Part shown: piece after piece, positions 44,059 through 52,468 of the stretch
Numbering within the stretch: position 1 is the stretch's first letter
Layout of the letters: every line of letters begins with the position of its first letter
Source of the DNA: a bacterium
GTDB taxonomy: Bacteria > Patescibacteriota > Patescibacteriia > 2-12-FULL-60-25
NCBI GenBank assembly: GCA_021806685.1
Contig: JAJZQU010000001.1
Span: forward strand, 1-61,393
Direction of reading: 5' to 3'
Length of the DNA: 61,393 nt
Translations under genes and position numbers: made by a program
The notes under the pieces: generated by a model
The model's database searches: none
What the model saw: only the letters and a program-made list of their open reading frames with translations
Told to the model about the DNA's origin: nothing

Positions 44059-45312
44059 ATGCCCAGCTTCTTTCAAAAATTTCTAAAAAAATTCGGGCCG
44101 GGTTTCATAACCGGCGCTTCGGATGATGACCCTTCAGGCATTGCGACCTACACGCAGTCCGGAGCGGGGTTTGGCTTAGGCCAGATTTGGACAGTGATTT
44201 TCATGTGGCCCATGATGATTTCCATTCAGGAAATGGTGGGCAGGATCAGCATGGTGGCAGGCCAGGGTTTAGCTTCGGTAGTCAGGAAAAGATATTCGAA
44301 ATGGATTTTGTACATTCTGGTTTTTTTGATTTTAATTGCCAATACCATAAACATCGGGGCTGATTTGGGGGCCATGGCCGATACCACGCGTTTAATCGTG
44401 CCACAGGTCCCGTTTGCCGTTTTGGCCATAGGTTATACCGCATTGATTTTATTTTTAGAGATTTTCATCACTTATAAGACTTACGCCAAAATTTTGAAAT
44501 GGTTTGCACTCACCCTCTTAAGCTACTTCGTAACGGTCTTGCTCGTCACCACAAATTGGGGATCTTTGTTTTCAGTCGCCTTTATCCCGCATTTTGAATT
44601 GACCAAGGATTTTGTGATGATGATTGTGGCCATACTCGGCACGACTATCTCGCCATACCTGTTTATCTGGCAAGGCAACGAGGAGATGGAAGAAGAAATC
44701 GCCCAAGGCAGGAAAACATTAACGCAACGCAAAGGTGCGACAGCTCGCGAGATAGGGGATATGCGCCGCGATACGATTATCGGCATGACTTTCTCGCAGA
44801 TAATAACTTTTTGTATCATTGCTACGGCCGCCTTTGCCTTTTTTAAGAATGGTTTATTCGATATCCAGACTTCGGCCCAAGCAGCTAAGGCCCTCGAGCC
44901 TTTGGCCGGCAGGTTTGCGTCACTGGTTTTTGCCATAGGCGTGATTGGCACGGGCTTATTGGCCATACCCGTCTTATCCGCGTCAGCATCTTACGCTTTG
45001 TCCGAAGCTTTTGGCTGGAAAGAGGGTTTGTATAAAAAATTCAAGCAAGCACACGGCTTTTACGGCGTCATCACCATCTCGACTTTGATCGGACTGACAA
45101 TCAATTTTATTGGTATCAATCCTATCAAGGCTCTGATTTACGCCGCCATTATTAACGGCCTGGTCACTCCGCCTTTGATTTTAATCATCTTGAAAGTGGC
45201 TAATGATAGAAAGATCATGGGCGCCAGGATTAACGGTTGGCTTTCGAATAGTCTTGGAATAATTACATTTCTTGTCACGACGGTCTGTGCTGTTTTGGTT
45301 TTTGTCTTATAA
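44059..45312 (+). CDS. NRAMP-family divalent metal transporter
   Basis: FGPGFITGASDDDPSGIATY with a multi-TM body. The ATG at 44059 is chosen over ORF-track start 44035. Confidence 0.8.
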   Translation: MPSFFQKFLKKFGPGFITGASDDDPSGIATYTQSGAGFGLGQIWTVIFMWPMMISIQEMVGRISMVAGQGLASVVRKRYSKWILYILVFLILIANTINIGADLGAMADTTRLIVPQVPFAVLAIGYTALILFLEIFITYKTYAKILKWFALTLLSYFVTVLLVTTNWGSLFSVAFIPHFELTKDFVMMIVAILGTTISPYLFIWQGNEEMEEEIAQGRKTLTQRKGATAREIGDMRRDTIIGMTFSQIITFCIIATAAFAFFKNGLFDIQTSAQAAKALEPLAGRFASLVFAIGVIGTGLLAIPVLSASASYALSEAFGWKEGLYKKFKQAHGFYGVITISTLIGLTINFIGINPIKALIYAAIINGLVTPPLILIILKVANDRKIMGARINGWLSNSLGIITFLVTTVCAVLVFVL

Positions 45313-45335
45313 AAAAGAGACGTTCATTGAACGTC
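45311..45335 (-). terminator. Intrinsic terminator of the 46622-45324 orphan operon
   Basis: GACGTTC-ATT-GAACGTC hairpin, followed on the minus strand by TCTTTTTT. Confidence 0.6.
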
Positions 45336-45818
45336 AGGAGGCGGGGGAGGCGGAGGATCTTTTGGTTTTGGTTCGAAGTAATTTTCTAGATCAGCAGCTG
45401 GAATAGAGATGCGGCCTCTGTACAGGGCATGAGCCAGGGTCAGTTGCATGGCCTTTTCGCCGTCCATTTCCTCGCTCAGGTCGGAAATCTCGATTCGACC
45501 TTTGGACAGGTATGTCTCCACATACCTGCACAGGGCAGCTCTCGGGTCATAGTCCTGCCTAAAAAGCCAAGGAACAGGGATGACCAGGTTGGCAAAAGCT
45601 CCTGGAGCGATCAGCTCGGCAAAGATGATGGTTAGATCGTGCTCCTCGCCCGGGTCGTCTTTGCGCAGATGGAGCTGTATTTCCACAGAATCAAGGTTGA
45701 TCTGGGCTTCAACCTTGAAGGCGTAGCCTGGCTTGAGCTCATGGCCCTCGTAAGAGCAGTCGAGGATTGTATTCTGCAGTGGTACGAATTCAGGGAGAGG
45801 GAAGACTGGTCCCTTCAT
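45324..45818 (-). CDS. Hypothetical protein with poly-Pro C-terminus (GC-richer orphan)
   Basis: GAGG lies 7 nt before the ATG. Leu codons are CTG-rich. No family recognised. Confidence 0.55.
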   Translation of the reverse strand: MKGPVFPLPEFVPLQNTILDCSYEGHELKPGYAFKVEAQINLDSVEIQLHLRKDDPGEEHDLTIIFAELIAPGAFANLVIPVPWLFRQDYDPRAALCRYVETYLSKGRIEISDLSEEMDGEKAMQLTLAHALYRGRISIPAADLENYFEPKPKDPPPPPPPDVQ

Positions 45819-45920
45819 GTTATGCCTCGCTTTCTATGTGCTGGCAGGAGCTTAACATAATGGCAAAAGAGGGCAAGAAGAGTCGTTTTATAAAAAAATT
45901 AGCCTTGGCAGTTGCCTTGG

Positions 45921-46622
45921 CTAGAGTGATATGGAGTCCGGACCGGACTGGGGAGCGCATTGTGGAGGCAGGGAAGGCGGAGATTTGCGCTCGTCTTCGT
46001 CGTCGCAATGAATCCGTTGAACTGTGCCACGCAAAGCTGGGCTTGAGTAGTTGAGAATCAGGCCGCATTTGCAAAGGGCAACCTGCTTAGGCCCTGCTTC
46101 GCAGAGAGCCCCTTCTTCGACGTCGTGCATATCGCAAATGTTGCCGATGAGGCAGCTCTTGAGCAGTGGTTTGCCCTTAGGTCGGCACTCATTGCGGTAG
46201 AAACCGTCAGGGTGCCCCTCGAAGGGCGTGAGCAGTAGACCAAGATGACAGTACATGGTCATTGATATCAGTATGTTGCCTATGCGCGTGAGTGGCATTC
46301 CTTCAAAGGATTTGCCTTCATCCTCGCATCGGCAGCTGTAATCGACCTTGCTTGGTTCTTCCCATGGGTCTGAGGATGACGATGATGGACTGCCGGGAAT
46401 CGTGATTTCTCCTAGGTGCAGTTCTTTCCTCGGCTCGTCGGAGGCCGATGGAATCGGATCAGGCACCAAAAGCTGCGACGATGCGGACTGCGATGCAACG
46501 GGGCAGGGCGCCTGGTTAGCCAGGTTAGCTTTGGTTTGGTCCGCCACTATGGCAGCAATTATTGTCACGACCAGACCAACCGCAATTGCCAACAAGAGGT
46601 TGATCTTGTGTTCGATAGTCAT
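45921..46622 (-). CDS. Hypothetical membrane-anchored Cys-rich protein (GC-richer orphan)
   Basis: The internal ATG at 46622 is preceded by AAGGGAG, and the N-terminus is a TM helix (INLLLAIAVGLVVTIIAAIV). The ORF-track extension to 46871 has no support. Confidence 0.5.
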   Translation of the reverse strand: MTIEHKINLLLAIAVGLVVTIIAAIVADQTKANLANQAPCPVASQSASSQLLVPDPIPSASDEPRKELHLGEITIPGSPSSSSSDPWEEPSKVDYSCRCEDEGKSFEGMPLTRIGNILISMTMYCHLGLLLTPFEGHPDGFYRNECRPKGKPLLKSCLIGNICDMHDVEEGALCEAGPKQVALCKCGLILNYSSPALRGTVQRIHCDDEDERKSPPSLPPQCAPQSGPDSISL

Positions 46623-46666
46623 GTCTTGGCACTCCCTTGTGTTGTCAAAACGGTTTGCGATTGTTG

Positions 46667-46694
46667 ATAGTAGCAGGAATGTTGATTGTGTCAA
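46667..46694 (-). promoter_or_regulatory. Sigma70-type promoter TTGACA-N16-TACTAT for the 46622 gene
   Basis: Read on the minus strand. It would give a ~40-nt leader containing the SD. Confidence 0.45.
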
Positions 46695-46830
46695 TCCAAA
46701 AATCTTGTACAACCTGAATAACATGTCTAGTGGGAAAAGGTCATATCCACATTGGAACAAAAAAAGAACAGTATTTTGGCTAGGTTCAGGTCTATTTATC
46801 CTGTGTAGGAATAGTTGACCATAAGTCCCA

Positions 46831-46870
46831 AGTGGCATAAACTGGGTATCAGTGGGAAAGGGTGGGAACA
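46831..46870 (+). promoter_or_regulatory. Candidate MraZ operator: four 10-bp-phased (G)TGGG repeats
   Basis: aGTGGcataa / acTGGGtatc / aGTGGGaaag / gGTGGGaaca lie upstream of mraZ. A possible TTGACC (46815)-N17-TAAACT (46838) promoter overlaps them. Confidence 0.5.
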
Positions 46871-46967
46871 AAAGGTTGCCGCATCAGAGGATGCGGTTAA
46901 GCTGTCCCCATTTTTTTGTCCGCCAAACACGGCGAAGTGCTCAGGCGGATCTGAATAGTGTCTATAT

Positions 46968-47399
46968 ATGTTCATCGGAGAGTATCATTTCACACTTGAC
47001 GATAAGGGGAGGCTTTCCGTTCCTGTCGGCTATCGCACCGCGTTAAATGATGGAGCTGTGGTAACGCGCGGGCTTGACCATACACTGTTTTTATACCCAA
47101 AGGAGCAGTGGAGATCCCTAGCAGCCAAAATAGCTGCTCTGCCGCTTTCAACAGCGGACACCCGCGCTTTTGCCCGCCTCATGTTGGCCGGTGCCATGGA
47201 AGTGGCGATCGATAAGTCAGGACGCATTTGCATTCCTGAGTATTTGCGAACTTACGCAGGACTCAAAAAGCAAATAGTTGTTTCCGGCTTGTACGACCGT
47301 CTGGAAATCTGGGATGAAGGCAACTGGGAGGCATATGTGGCTAAAACCGAAGCCAACGGCGACCAAATTGCCGAAAGGCTTGGACCAATCGGCCTATGA
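46968..47399 (+). CDS. mraZ: Transcriptional regulator MraZ
   Basis: F.G....LD.KGR..VP duplicated SpoVT-AbrB-like halves (LDDKGRLSVP and IDKSGRICIP). Confidence 0.9.
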   Translation: MFIGEYHFTLDDKGRLSVPVGYRTALNDGAVVTRGLDHTLFLYPKEQWRSLAAKIAALPLSTADTRAFARLMLAGAMEVAIDKSGRICIPEYLRTYAGLKKQIVVSGLYDRLEIWDEGNWEAYVAKTEANGDQIAERLGPIGL

Positions 47400-48331
47400 G
47401 CCAAGCAAAGGCAACAGTTCACAAGGCCGTAATGGTCAGTGAAGCCATGGAAGCGCTACAACCCCGAGCCGGGGGCCGCTATTTAGACGCGACCTTGGGC
47501 GGAGGCACGCACTCCATGGAATTGCTCAAGCTTTCAGCTCCTGATGGTTGCGTCCTTTCCTTGGACGTTGATCCGATTGCCTTGAGCCGCGCTGAACAGC
47601 AAAACGTCTACGGAAAAAGGTGGCAAATAGTTGAATCCAACTTTAGCCATCTTAAGGAGGTGGCCGAAAAATCCGGCTGGATGCCGTTTGACGGCATACT
47701 CTTTGACCTCGGCCTTTCATCAGACGAGTTGGCTGACCCATCCAAAGGGCTTTCGTTCCAAATTGACGGCCCGCTGGACATGAGGTTGGGCCCCAAGGCT
47801 AATGATGATGGTTTGACCGCGGCCACGATAGTCAACAGCTGGAGTGAACATGAGTTGACCGAGTTTATCCGAGCGTATGGCGAGGAAAAATTCGCGGCCA
47901 GGATTGCCAGGGCAATTGTTGAGAGGCGTCGCCAAAAACCAATCTTGTCCACCTTGGACTTGGCCAATCTCATCAAGGCTTCTGTCCCGAACTTGCATAC
48001 TGTCATCCATCCGGCGACTAGGACATTCCAGGCTTTGCGCATTGCGGTTAATGATGAGCTAGCTGTCCTAAAGAGCGCCTTGGATCAAGCGGATGAGATA
48101 TTAGCGCCTAACGGCACAATAGCCGTCATCTCGTTCCATTCACTGGAAGATCGCATCGTCAAACAAACGTTCAAAAAGTTCGTTGGATACCAAATTTCAA
48201 AAAAACCAATCCGTCCAAATCAGGCGGAAACAAAAACTAACCCACGCGCCCGCAGCGCTAAACTGCGAGCGGCACATAAAAACGCAACAAAACAAACAAA
48301 TTTATGTCACGGACGTACGCGCTTGCTATGA
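47396..48331 (+). CDS. rsmH: 16S rRNA (cytosine1402-N4)-methyltransferase RsmH
   Basis: H.PVM..E, DATLGGGGHS-like (DATLGGGTHS), DLGLSS and SFHSLEDR motifs. ATGA overlap with mraZ. Confidence 0.9.
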   Translation: MSQAKATVHKAVMVSEAMEALQPRAGGRYLDATLGGGTHSMELLKLSAPDGCVLSLDVDPIALSRAEQQNVYGKRWQIVESNFSHLKEVAEKSGWMPFDGILFDLGLSSDELADPSKGLSFQIDGPLDMRLGPKANDDGLTAATIVNSWSEHELTEFIRAYGEEKFAARIARAIVERRRQKPILSTLDLANLIKASVPNLHTVIHPATRTFQALRIAVNDELAVLKSALDQADEILAPNGTIAVISFHSLEDRIVKQTFKKFVGYQISKKPIRPNQAETKTNPRARSAKLRAAHKNATKQTNLCHGRTRLL

Positions 48332-48666
48332 CCAGACCCCACCAAAGATTCGGTTTCAAAGAACCGATCGGAAGGCAGATCCCACAAGGAGCTATGGGTT
48401 GGAGTTTGTTAATCCTGGTGGTTTGGTTGGGCATGGCCGGGCTTTACGTGACACAAATAGTGCGTGCCGCGCCCCGCGGTGACCAGCTCCAGAAGTTGGA
48501 GCGTCATGTGGATGAAATGCAAAGGGATATCATGGCTTTGGAAGATTCCACAGCTAAAGCATCGTCTTTACACGCACTCGCCGAACGAGCGCAGGGACTG
48601 GGCTTGGTACAAGTCCAAAATCCTGAATATGTTAATCCGGCTGCCCATGCTTTCGTTCGGCGCTAA
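48328..48666 (+). CDS. ftsL: FtsL-like cell-division protein
   Basis: Short cytoplasmic tail, a single TM and a coiled-coil, in the position after rsmH. The ATG at 48328 forms an ATGA overlap with the rsmH stop, so it is preferred over 48304. Confidence 0.55.
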   Translation: MTRPHQRFGFKEPIGRQIPQGAMGWSLLILVVWLGMAGLYVTQIVRAAPRGDQLQKLERHVDEMQRDIMALEDSTAKASSLHALAERAQGLGLVQVQNPEYVNPAAHAFVRR

Positions 48667-48686
48667 AAACGCCATGTTGATTTAAA

Positions 48687-48725
48687 GAATTCCTCCGGCA
48701 GCGCGTTTCCGGGGGAATTTTTTTA
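48687..48725 (+). terminator. Intrinsic terminator after the mraZ-rsmH-ftsL unit
   Basis: GAATTCCTCCGG..CCGGGGGAATT stem, followed by a T-run. Confidence 0.7.
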
Positions 48726-48734
48726 TGCTATTAT
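48726..48734 (+). promoter_or_regulatory. Extended -10 box TGCTATTAT, 9 nt upstream of the ATG at 48744
   Basis: Read directly. No SD. Confidence 0.4.
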
Positions 48735-48743
48735 AGTAACAGT

Positions 48744-49304
48744 ATGCCTGAATTGCATAACCCATTTGATGCCCTGTTGGACCGAATCAATAGGGAAGTT
48801 GATTTTGATGCGCCTGTACGAGAGCGCCAAAGGCAAGCGTCCGAGCTAGAGCGCGGCAGGCATGAGAAGCAAGAGAAGCAAGAGAAGGAAGAGGCTGAAA
48901 AATTCCGACAAGAAGAAGCTGAGAGGCGCAAGCTCTTAGAGAAGCCTTTCAAAATTAATATCACTTATGGTGAACCAGATAAGGAACGGGTATATGTGAT
49001 TTCCGGCGGACATGTAGGCCCACTGACAAATGAAAAATTAGAAAGAAGTTTTTACAGGATGACTGCCAATCGCTTAGCTGCTGGGTTGAGGGAGCGGGGA
49101 TTGGCTTCATGGGAGGTTGTAAGCCACAATACCCAGATTGAAGTATTTCCGTATGAGATAGACAAAAACGATAAAATGATACTTGCCAAACCCCTGCCAG
49201 AGCAAGACTTCTTGCTTAGGGATGCCTTGGCTGAAGCGGTACAATACTACTCCGACTTGTTTAAAGGAGCGGATGTGGCCGAAGCAGTGGAGCGTAAACA
49301 TTAG
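48744..49304 (+). CDS. Hypothetical protein with an E/K-rich segment
   Basis: ORF with a leaderless-type promoter. No family recognised. Confidence 0.55.
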   Translation: MPELHNPFDALLDRINREVDFDAPVRERQRQASELERGRHEKQEKQEKEEAEKFRQEEAERRKLLEKPFKINITYGEPDKERVYVISGGHVGPLTNEKLERSFYRMTANRLAAGLRERGLASWEVVSHNTQIEVFPYEIDKNDKMILAKPLPEQDFLLRDALAEAVQYYSDLFKGADVAEAVERKH

Positions 49305-49327
49305 AATTATTTAGGGAGCAGTTTTTG

Positions 49328-49336
49328 TGCTATAAT
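49328..49336 (+). promoter_or_regulatory. Extended -10 box TGCTATAAT, 8 nt upstream of the ATG at 49345
   Basis: Read directly. No -35 and no SD. Confidence 0.45.
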
Positions 49337-49344
49337 CTTGCAAT

Positions 49345-49740
49345 ATGTTGCAAGGCACGGGGGCGCTCGGGCGGCTGCTGTTAGTTGATTTGATCGGCAG
49401 CGTTGCTTGGTTTCCAATCTGGTGGTACACGACAGGCATCAAAAAGATGATCCAATTTTGCATCGACGGATTGCGTTACCGCGTCCGGCAATATGCTTTT
49501 GCCATTTGGATCAAGAATTTTTTCGTACCAATGTACGGCCAATACGATTGGCAGGGCCGGGCCGTAAGCATCTTCATGCGGTTTGTGGTGATTGTCGGCC
49601 GGGGGATTGCTTTGGTAGCCGAAGCCATCATTTATGTCTTTTTAGTTTTTTGTTGGGCTGTTATCCCGCCATTTGCTTTTATCTTGGCCCTCCAGAACAT
49701 CTTGTCCGGCACTTTTACTTCACGATTGCCAACGCTTTGA
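49345..49740 (+). CDS. Hypothetical multi-TM protein, adjacent to the Clp-like gene
   Basis: Three or four hydrophobic helices. Its stop is 1 nt before the Clp ATG. Confidence 0.55.
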   Translation: MLQGTGALGRLLLVDLIGSVAWFPIWWYTTGIKKMIQFCIDGLRYRVRQYAFAIWIKNFFVPMYGQYDWQGRAVSIFMRFVVIVGRGIALVAEAIIYVFLVFCWAVIPPFAFILALQNILSGTFTSRLPTL

Positions 49741-49741
49741 T

Positions 49742-52468
49742 ATGACAGATGAGCTGATAGTGCCTAAAATCCCGCCAGCTATTGTTTGTTCGGCTTGCAA
49801 TGGCGACCCGCGTGCTTCACGGCACTGCAAACAATGCGGTGGAGCTGGCATTGGCATACCGAGCGACGAAGGGTTTTTGGTTTGGGCGACAACGGTTGAT
49901 GATTTTACCGCTGCCATCCGCAAATTGCGCATCAAAGTCAACGCTGTAGTCCACATGCTAGTCATGGCGGCCATTGTGTTGTGTTTGATTGCCTTCTTTT
50001 GGCAAGTCATTCCGAATTTTACAATCGAGGACGTTAAAACTTTAGTTTTTTGGACAGCTGGCTATTGGTTTGTGACGCTTTTTTATGTGGCCATTGTCCT
50101 GGCAGCTTTTTTTATCTTCCGCATGAACGAGTTTACGGCCATTGCCAAGGATCTGCCGCATTGGCTTACCAGGCATGATACTTCAGATGTTAAGCAGGGC
50201 AAGTCAGATATAGTTCGTCATTCGTTGGACGTCTCGCCTTATTATTCTCCAACTGCCATGGAGGTCGTTGAGTCGGCTTATAAACTGGCCAAGGAGTTGG
50301 GTAAGATCGAAGTTACGCCGGAAATATTATTTGCAGCCGTCTTGTCCGGCCATGATGGTTCGCTTTTCCTGGTCAGGCTTGGCTTGCCTTTTGATAAGAT
50401 CAAAGAGCCTTTGGTCAGGTTGATGATGGTTGGTTCAGCCGGCACGCCGCCCATAACTTTTTCACGCGAGGCCAAACGTGTCTTGGCTTCGGCTTTTGCT
50501 TTGGCAGACGAAACGCACCGCAAACATGTCACGCCCATGGAGATCTTTTTGCAGGCTTTTGCTGAAAGCCCGAAGCTGCAGGAGCTGTTGGACAGTTTGG
50601 GTTTTCCTTTTACCCATGTTTCGCATGTGGCCCAATGGGTCTTGCTCCAATCCAAGATGCGCGAGGACCAGGACCGTTTTGTGCGGTTGGCCAAACTTAA
50701 GCCAAAATCAGCCATGAACCGGGCCATGACAGCCCGTCAAACGCTTTTGCTCGACAGGTTTAGCGAAGACCTGACATTGCTGGCCCGCCAGGGTTATCTG
50801 GCGCCCATGGTAGGCAACCAACAGGTTATGGAAGAGTTGTTGCGCGGTTTGGAGAGCGGGCAAAGAGGCGTCGTCTTAGTCGGTGAGACTGGGACGGGCA
50901 AAGCGGCTGTTGTCGAGCAATTAGCTCGCCGCATGGTGGAAGAAGACGTGCCTGACATTCTTTTTGATAAGCGCTTGGTCTCAGTCAACTTGGCGCAGGT
51001 TATTGCTTCAGGCGATCCTGGCCTGGCAGCCGAGCGATTGGTTGAGATGCTGCACGAAGTGGCTTTATCTGGAAATATAGTTTTGGCACTTTATGGCATC
51101 GAAGCTTTGGTTGGATCAGGGTCAGGGCCTATGGATTTGGCAGAAACCTTATCCAGCGAGTTGGATAAAGGTTATTTCTTGTTGGTGGCCACTGCCACGC
51201 CGCAAGCTTGGACCCAATATTTGGAACGCAGGACATTAGGCAAGCAAGTAGTCAAAGTTATTGTCCCTCCGGCCGAAGCAACACAAACAATCCAAGTCTT
51301 GATGGCCAAGTCAGGTCCAATCGAATACCAGAATAAAGTATTTTTCTCGTTTGCTGCAATTGAAAAAGCCACGAATTTAGCTATCCGTTATTTGCATGAC
51401 GTGGCGCCGCCGCAAAACGCGCTCAATGTCATCCGCGAGGCAGCAGTTGCTGCGCGCAAAATCAGGGGAGAGGGCACTTTTGTTTCAGCCGAAGACGTGG
51501 CCAAAATCGTACACGACAAGACAAATATTCCGGTGGAGATGGTAACTGAACAAGAATCGCAAAGCTTATTGAACCTCGAATCACGCATGCATGGCCGCAT
51601 AGTTGGCCAGGATGAGGCAGTGGTGGCAGTGGCCAGGGCCATCCGCCGCGCTCGCGCCGAGTTGCGCGAAGGCAAGCGCCCGATTGCCAACTTCATGTTC
51701 TTGGGGCCGACTGGCGTTGGCAAGACGGAATGTGCCAAGACTTTGGGCCAAGAATATTTTGGCGATGAAGGTGCCATGGTGCGCTTGGACATGTCAGAAT
51801 ACCAGGACAAATCATCGATTGCCCGCATGATTGGCGCTCCGGGCGACGAGCGCGGCGGATTACTGACCGAGGCCGTGCGCCAAAAGCCGTTTACAATTGT
51901 CTTGCTTGATGAAATCGAGAAAGCCCACCCGGATATTTTGACGCTTTTCTTGCAAGTCATGGATGACGGACGTTTGACAGACGGCATTGGCCGCACGATT
52001 GATTTCACGAACACGATTGTCATCATGACATCCAATGCTGGCACTCCTTACATCCAATCAGCCGTGTCAGAAGGCTTATCAATGGAACGCATTAAGACTG
52101 CTTTGCTGGAACGTGAGCTTAAAAGTATTTTCCGCCCGGAATTCTTGAACCGGTTTGACGGCATTATCGTCTTCAAGCCTTTGACGCGCGATGAAGTCGT
52201 GCAAATCGCCTGGCTGATGGTTAATAGTGTGGGCAGGCAGCTCGAGGCTAAAGGCATGAAGCTCAGGGCAGATGATAAGGCTGTTGAAGATTTGGCTGAT
52301 GCCGGCTTTGACCCGGCTTTTGGCGCACGGCCTTTGCGCCGCGTCATCCAAGATCGCGTGGAAACGCCTTTGGCTGATATTTTGCTCCAAAAACAAGCTG
52401 GTCGGCGCGATACAATCGTACTTAATGCCGATGGCAGCTTAAGCGTGGAAAAAGCCCCGGCACTATAG
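49742..52468 (+). CDS. Membrane-anchored Clp/Hsp100-family AAA+ ATPase (zinc-finger N-terminus, two TM helices, Clp-N repeats, degenerate D1, intact D2)
   Basis: CSACNG..CKQCGGAG, then two hydrophobic helices and two Clp_N-like repeats. D1 Walker A is GETGTGKAA, but LFIDE is replaced by LALYGIEAL. D2 has GPTGVGKTE, Walker B LLDEIEKAH and the sensor GARPLRR. The ATG at 49742 is chosen over ORF-track start 49673. Confidence 0.8.
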   Translation: MTDELIVPKIPPAIVCSACNGDPRASRHCKQCGGAGIGIPSDEGFLVWATTVDDFTAAIRKLRIKVNAVVHMLVMAAIVLCLIAFFWQVIPNFTIEDVKTLVFWTAGYWFVTLFYVAIVLAAFFIFRMNEFTAIAKDLPHWLTRHDTSDVKQGKSDIVRHSLDVSPYYSPTAMEVVESAYKLAKELGKIEVTPEILFAAVLSGHDGSLFLVRLGLPFDKIKEPLVRLMMVGSAGTPPITFSREAKRVLASAFALADETHRKHVTPMEIFLQAFAESPKLQELLDSLGFPFTHVSHVAQWVLLQSKMREDQDRFVRLAKLKPKSAMNRAMTARQTLLLDRFSEDLTLLARQGYLAPMVGNQQVMEELLRGLESGQRGVVLVGETGTGKAAVVEQLARRMVEEDVPDILFDKRLVSVNLAQVIASGDPGLAAERLVEMLHEVALSGNIVLALYGIEALVGSGSGPMDLAETLSSELDKGYFLLVATATPQAWTQYLERRTLGKQVVKVIVPPAEATQTIQVLMAKSGPIEYQNKVFFSFAAIEKATNLAIRYLHDVAPPQNALNVIREAAVAARKIRGEGTFVSAEDVAKIVHDKTNIPVEMVTEQESQSLLNLESRMHGRIVGQDEAVVAVARAIRRARAELREGKRPIANFMFLGPTGVGKTECAKTLGQEYFGDEGAMVRLDMSEYQDKSSIARMIGAPGDERGGLLTEAVRQKPFTIVLLDEIEKAHPDILTLFLQVMDDGRLTDGIGRTIDFTNTIVIMTSNAGTPYIQSAVSEGLSMERIKTALLERELKSIFRPEFLNRFDGIIVFKPLTRDEVVQIAWLMVNSVGRQLEAKGMKLRADDKAVEDLADAGFDPAFGARPLRRVIQDRVETPLADILLQKQAGRRDTIVLNADGSLSVEKAPAL

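Noticed and set aside
45921-46871. Long N-terminal extensions proposed by the ORF track (45921..46871, 1653, 12768, 33998, 44035, 49673 and 55377 among others)
   Set aside because: The extensions run through repeats, upstream genes or promoter regions and often begin with non-ATG codons. Internal ATGs give proper N-termini (signal peptides, prepilin motifs, conserved family starts) and fit the SD or -10 geometry.
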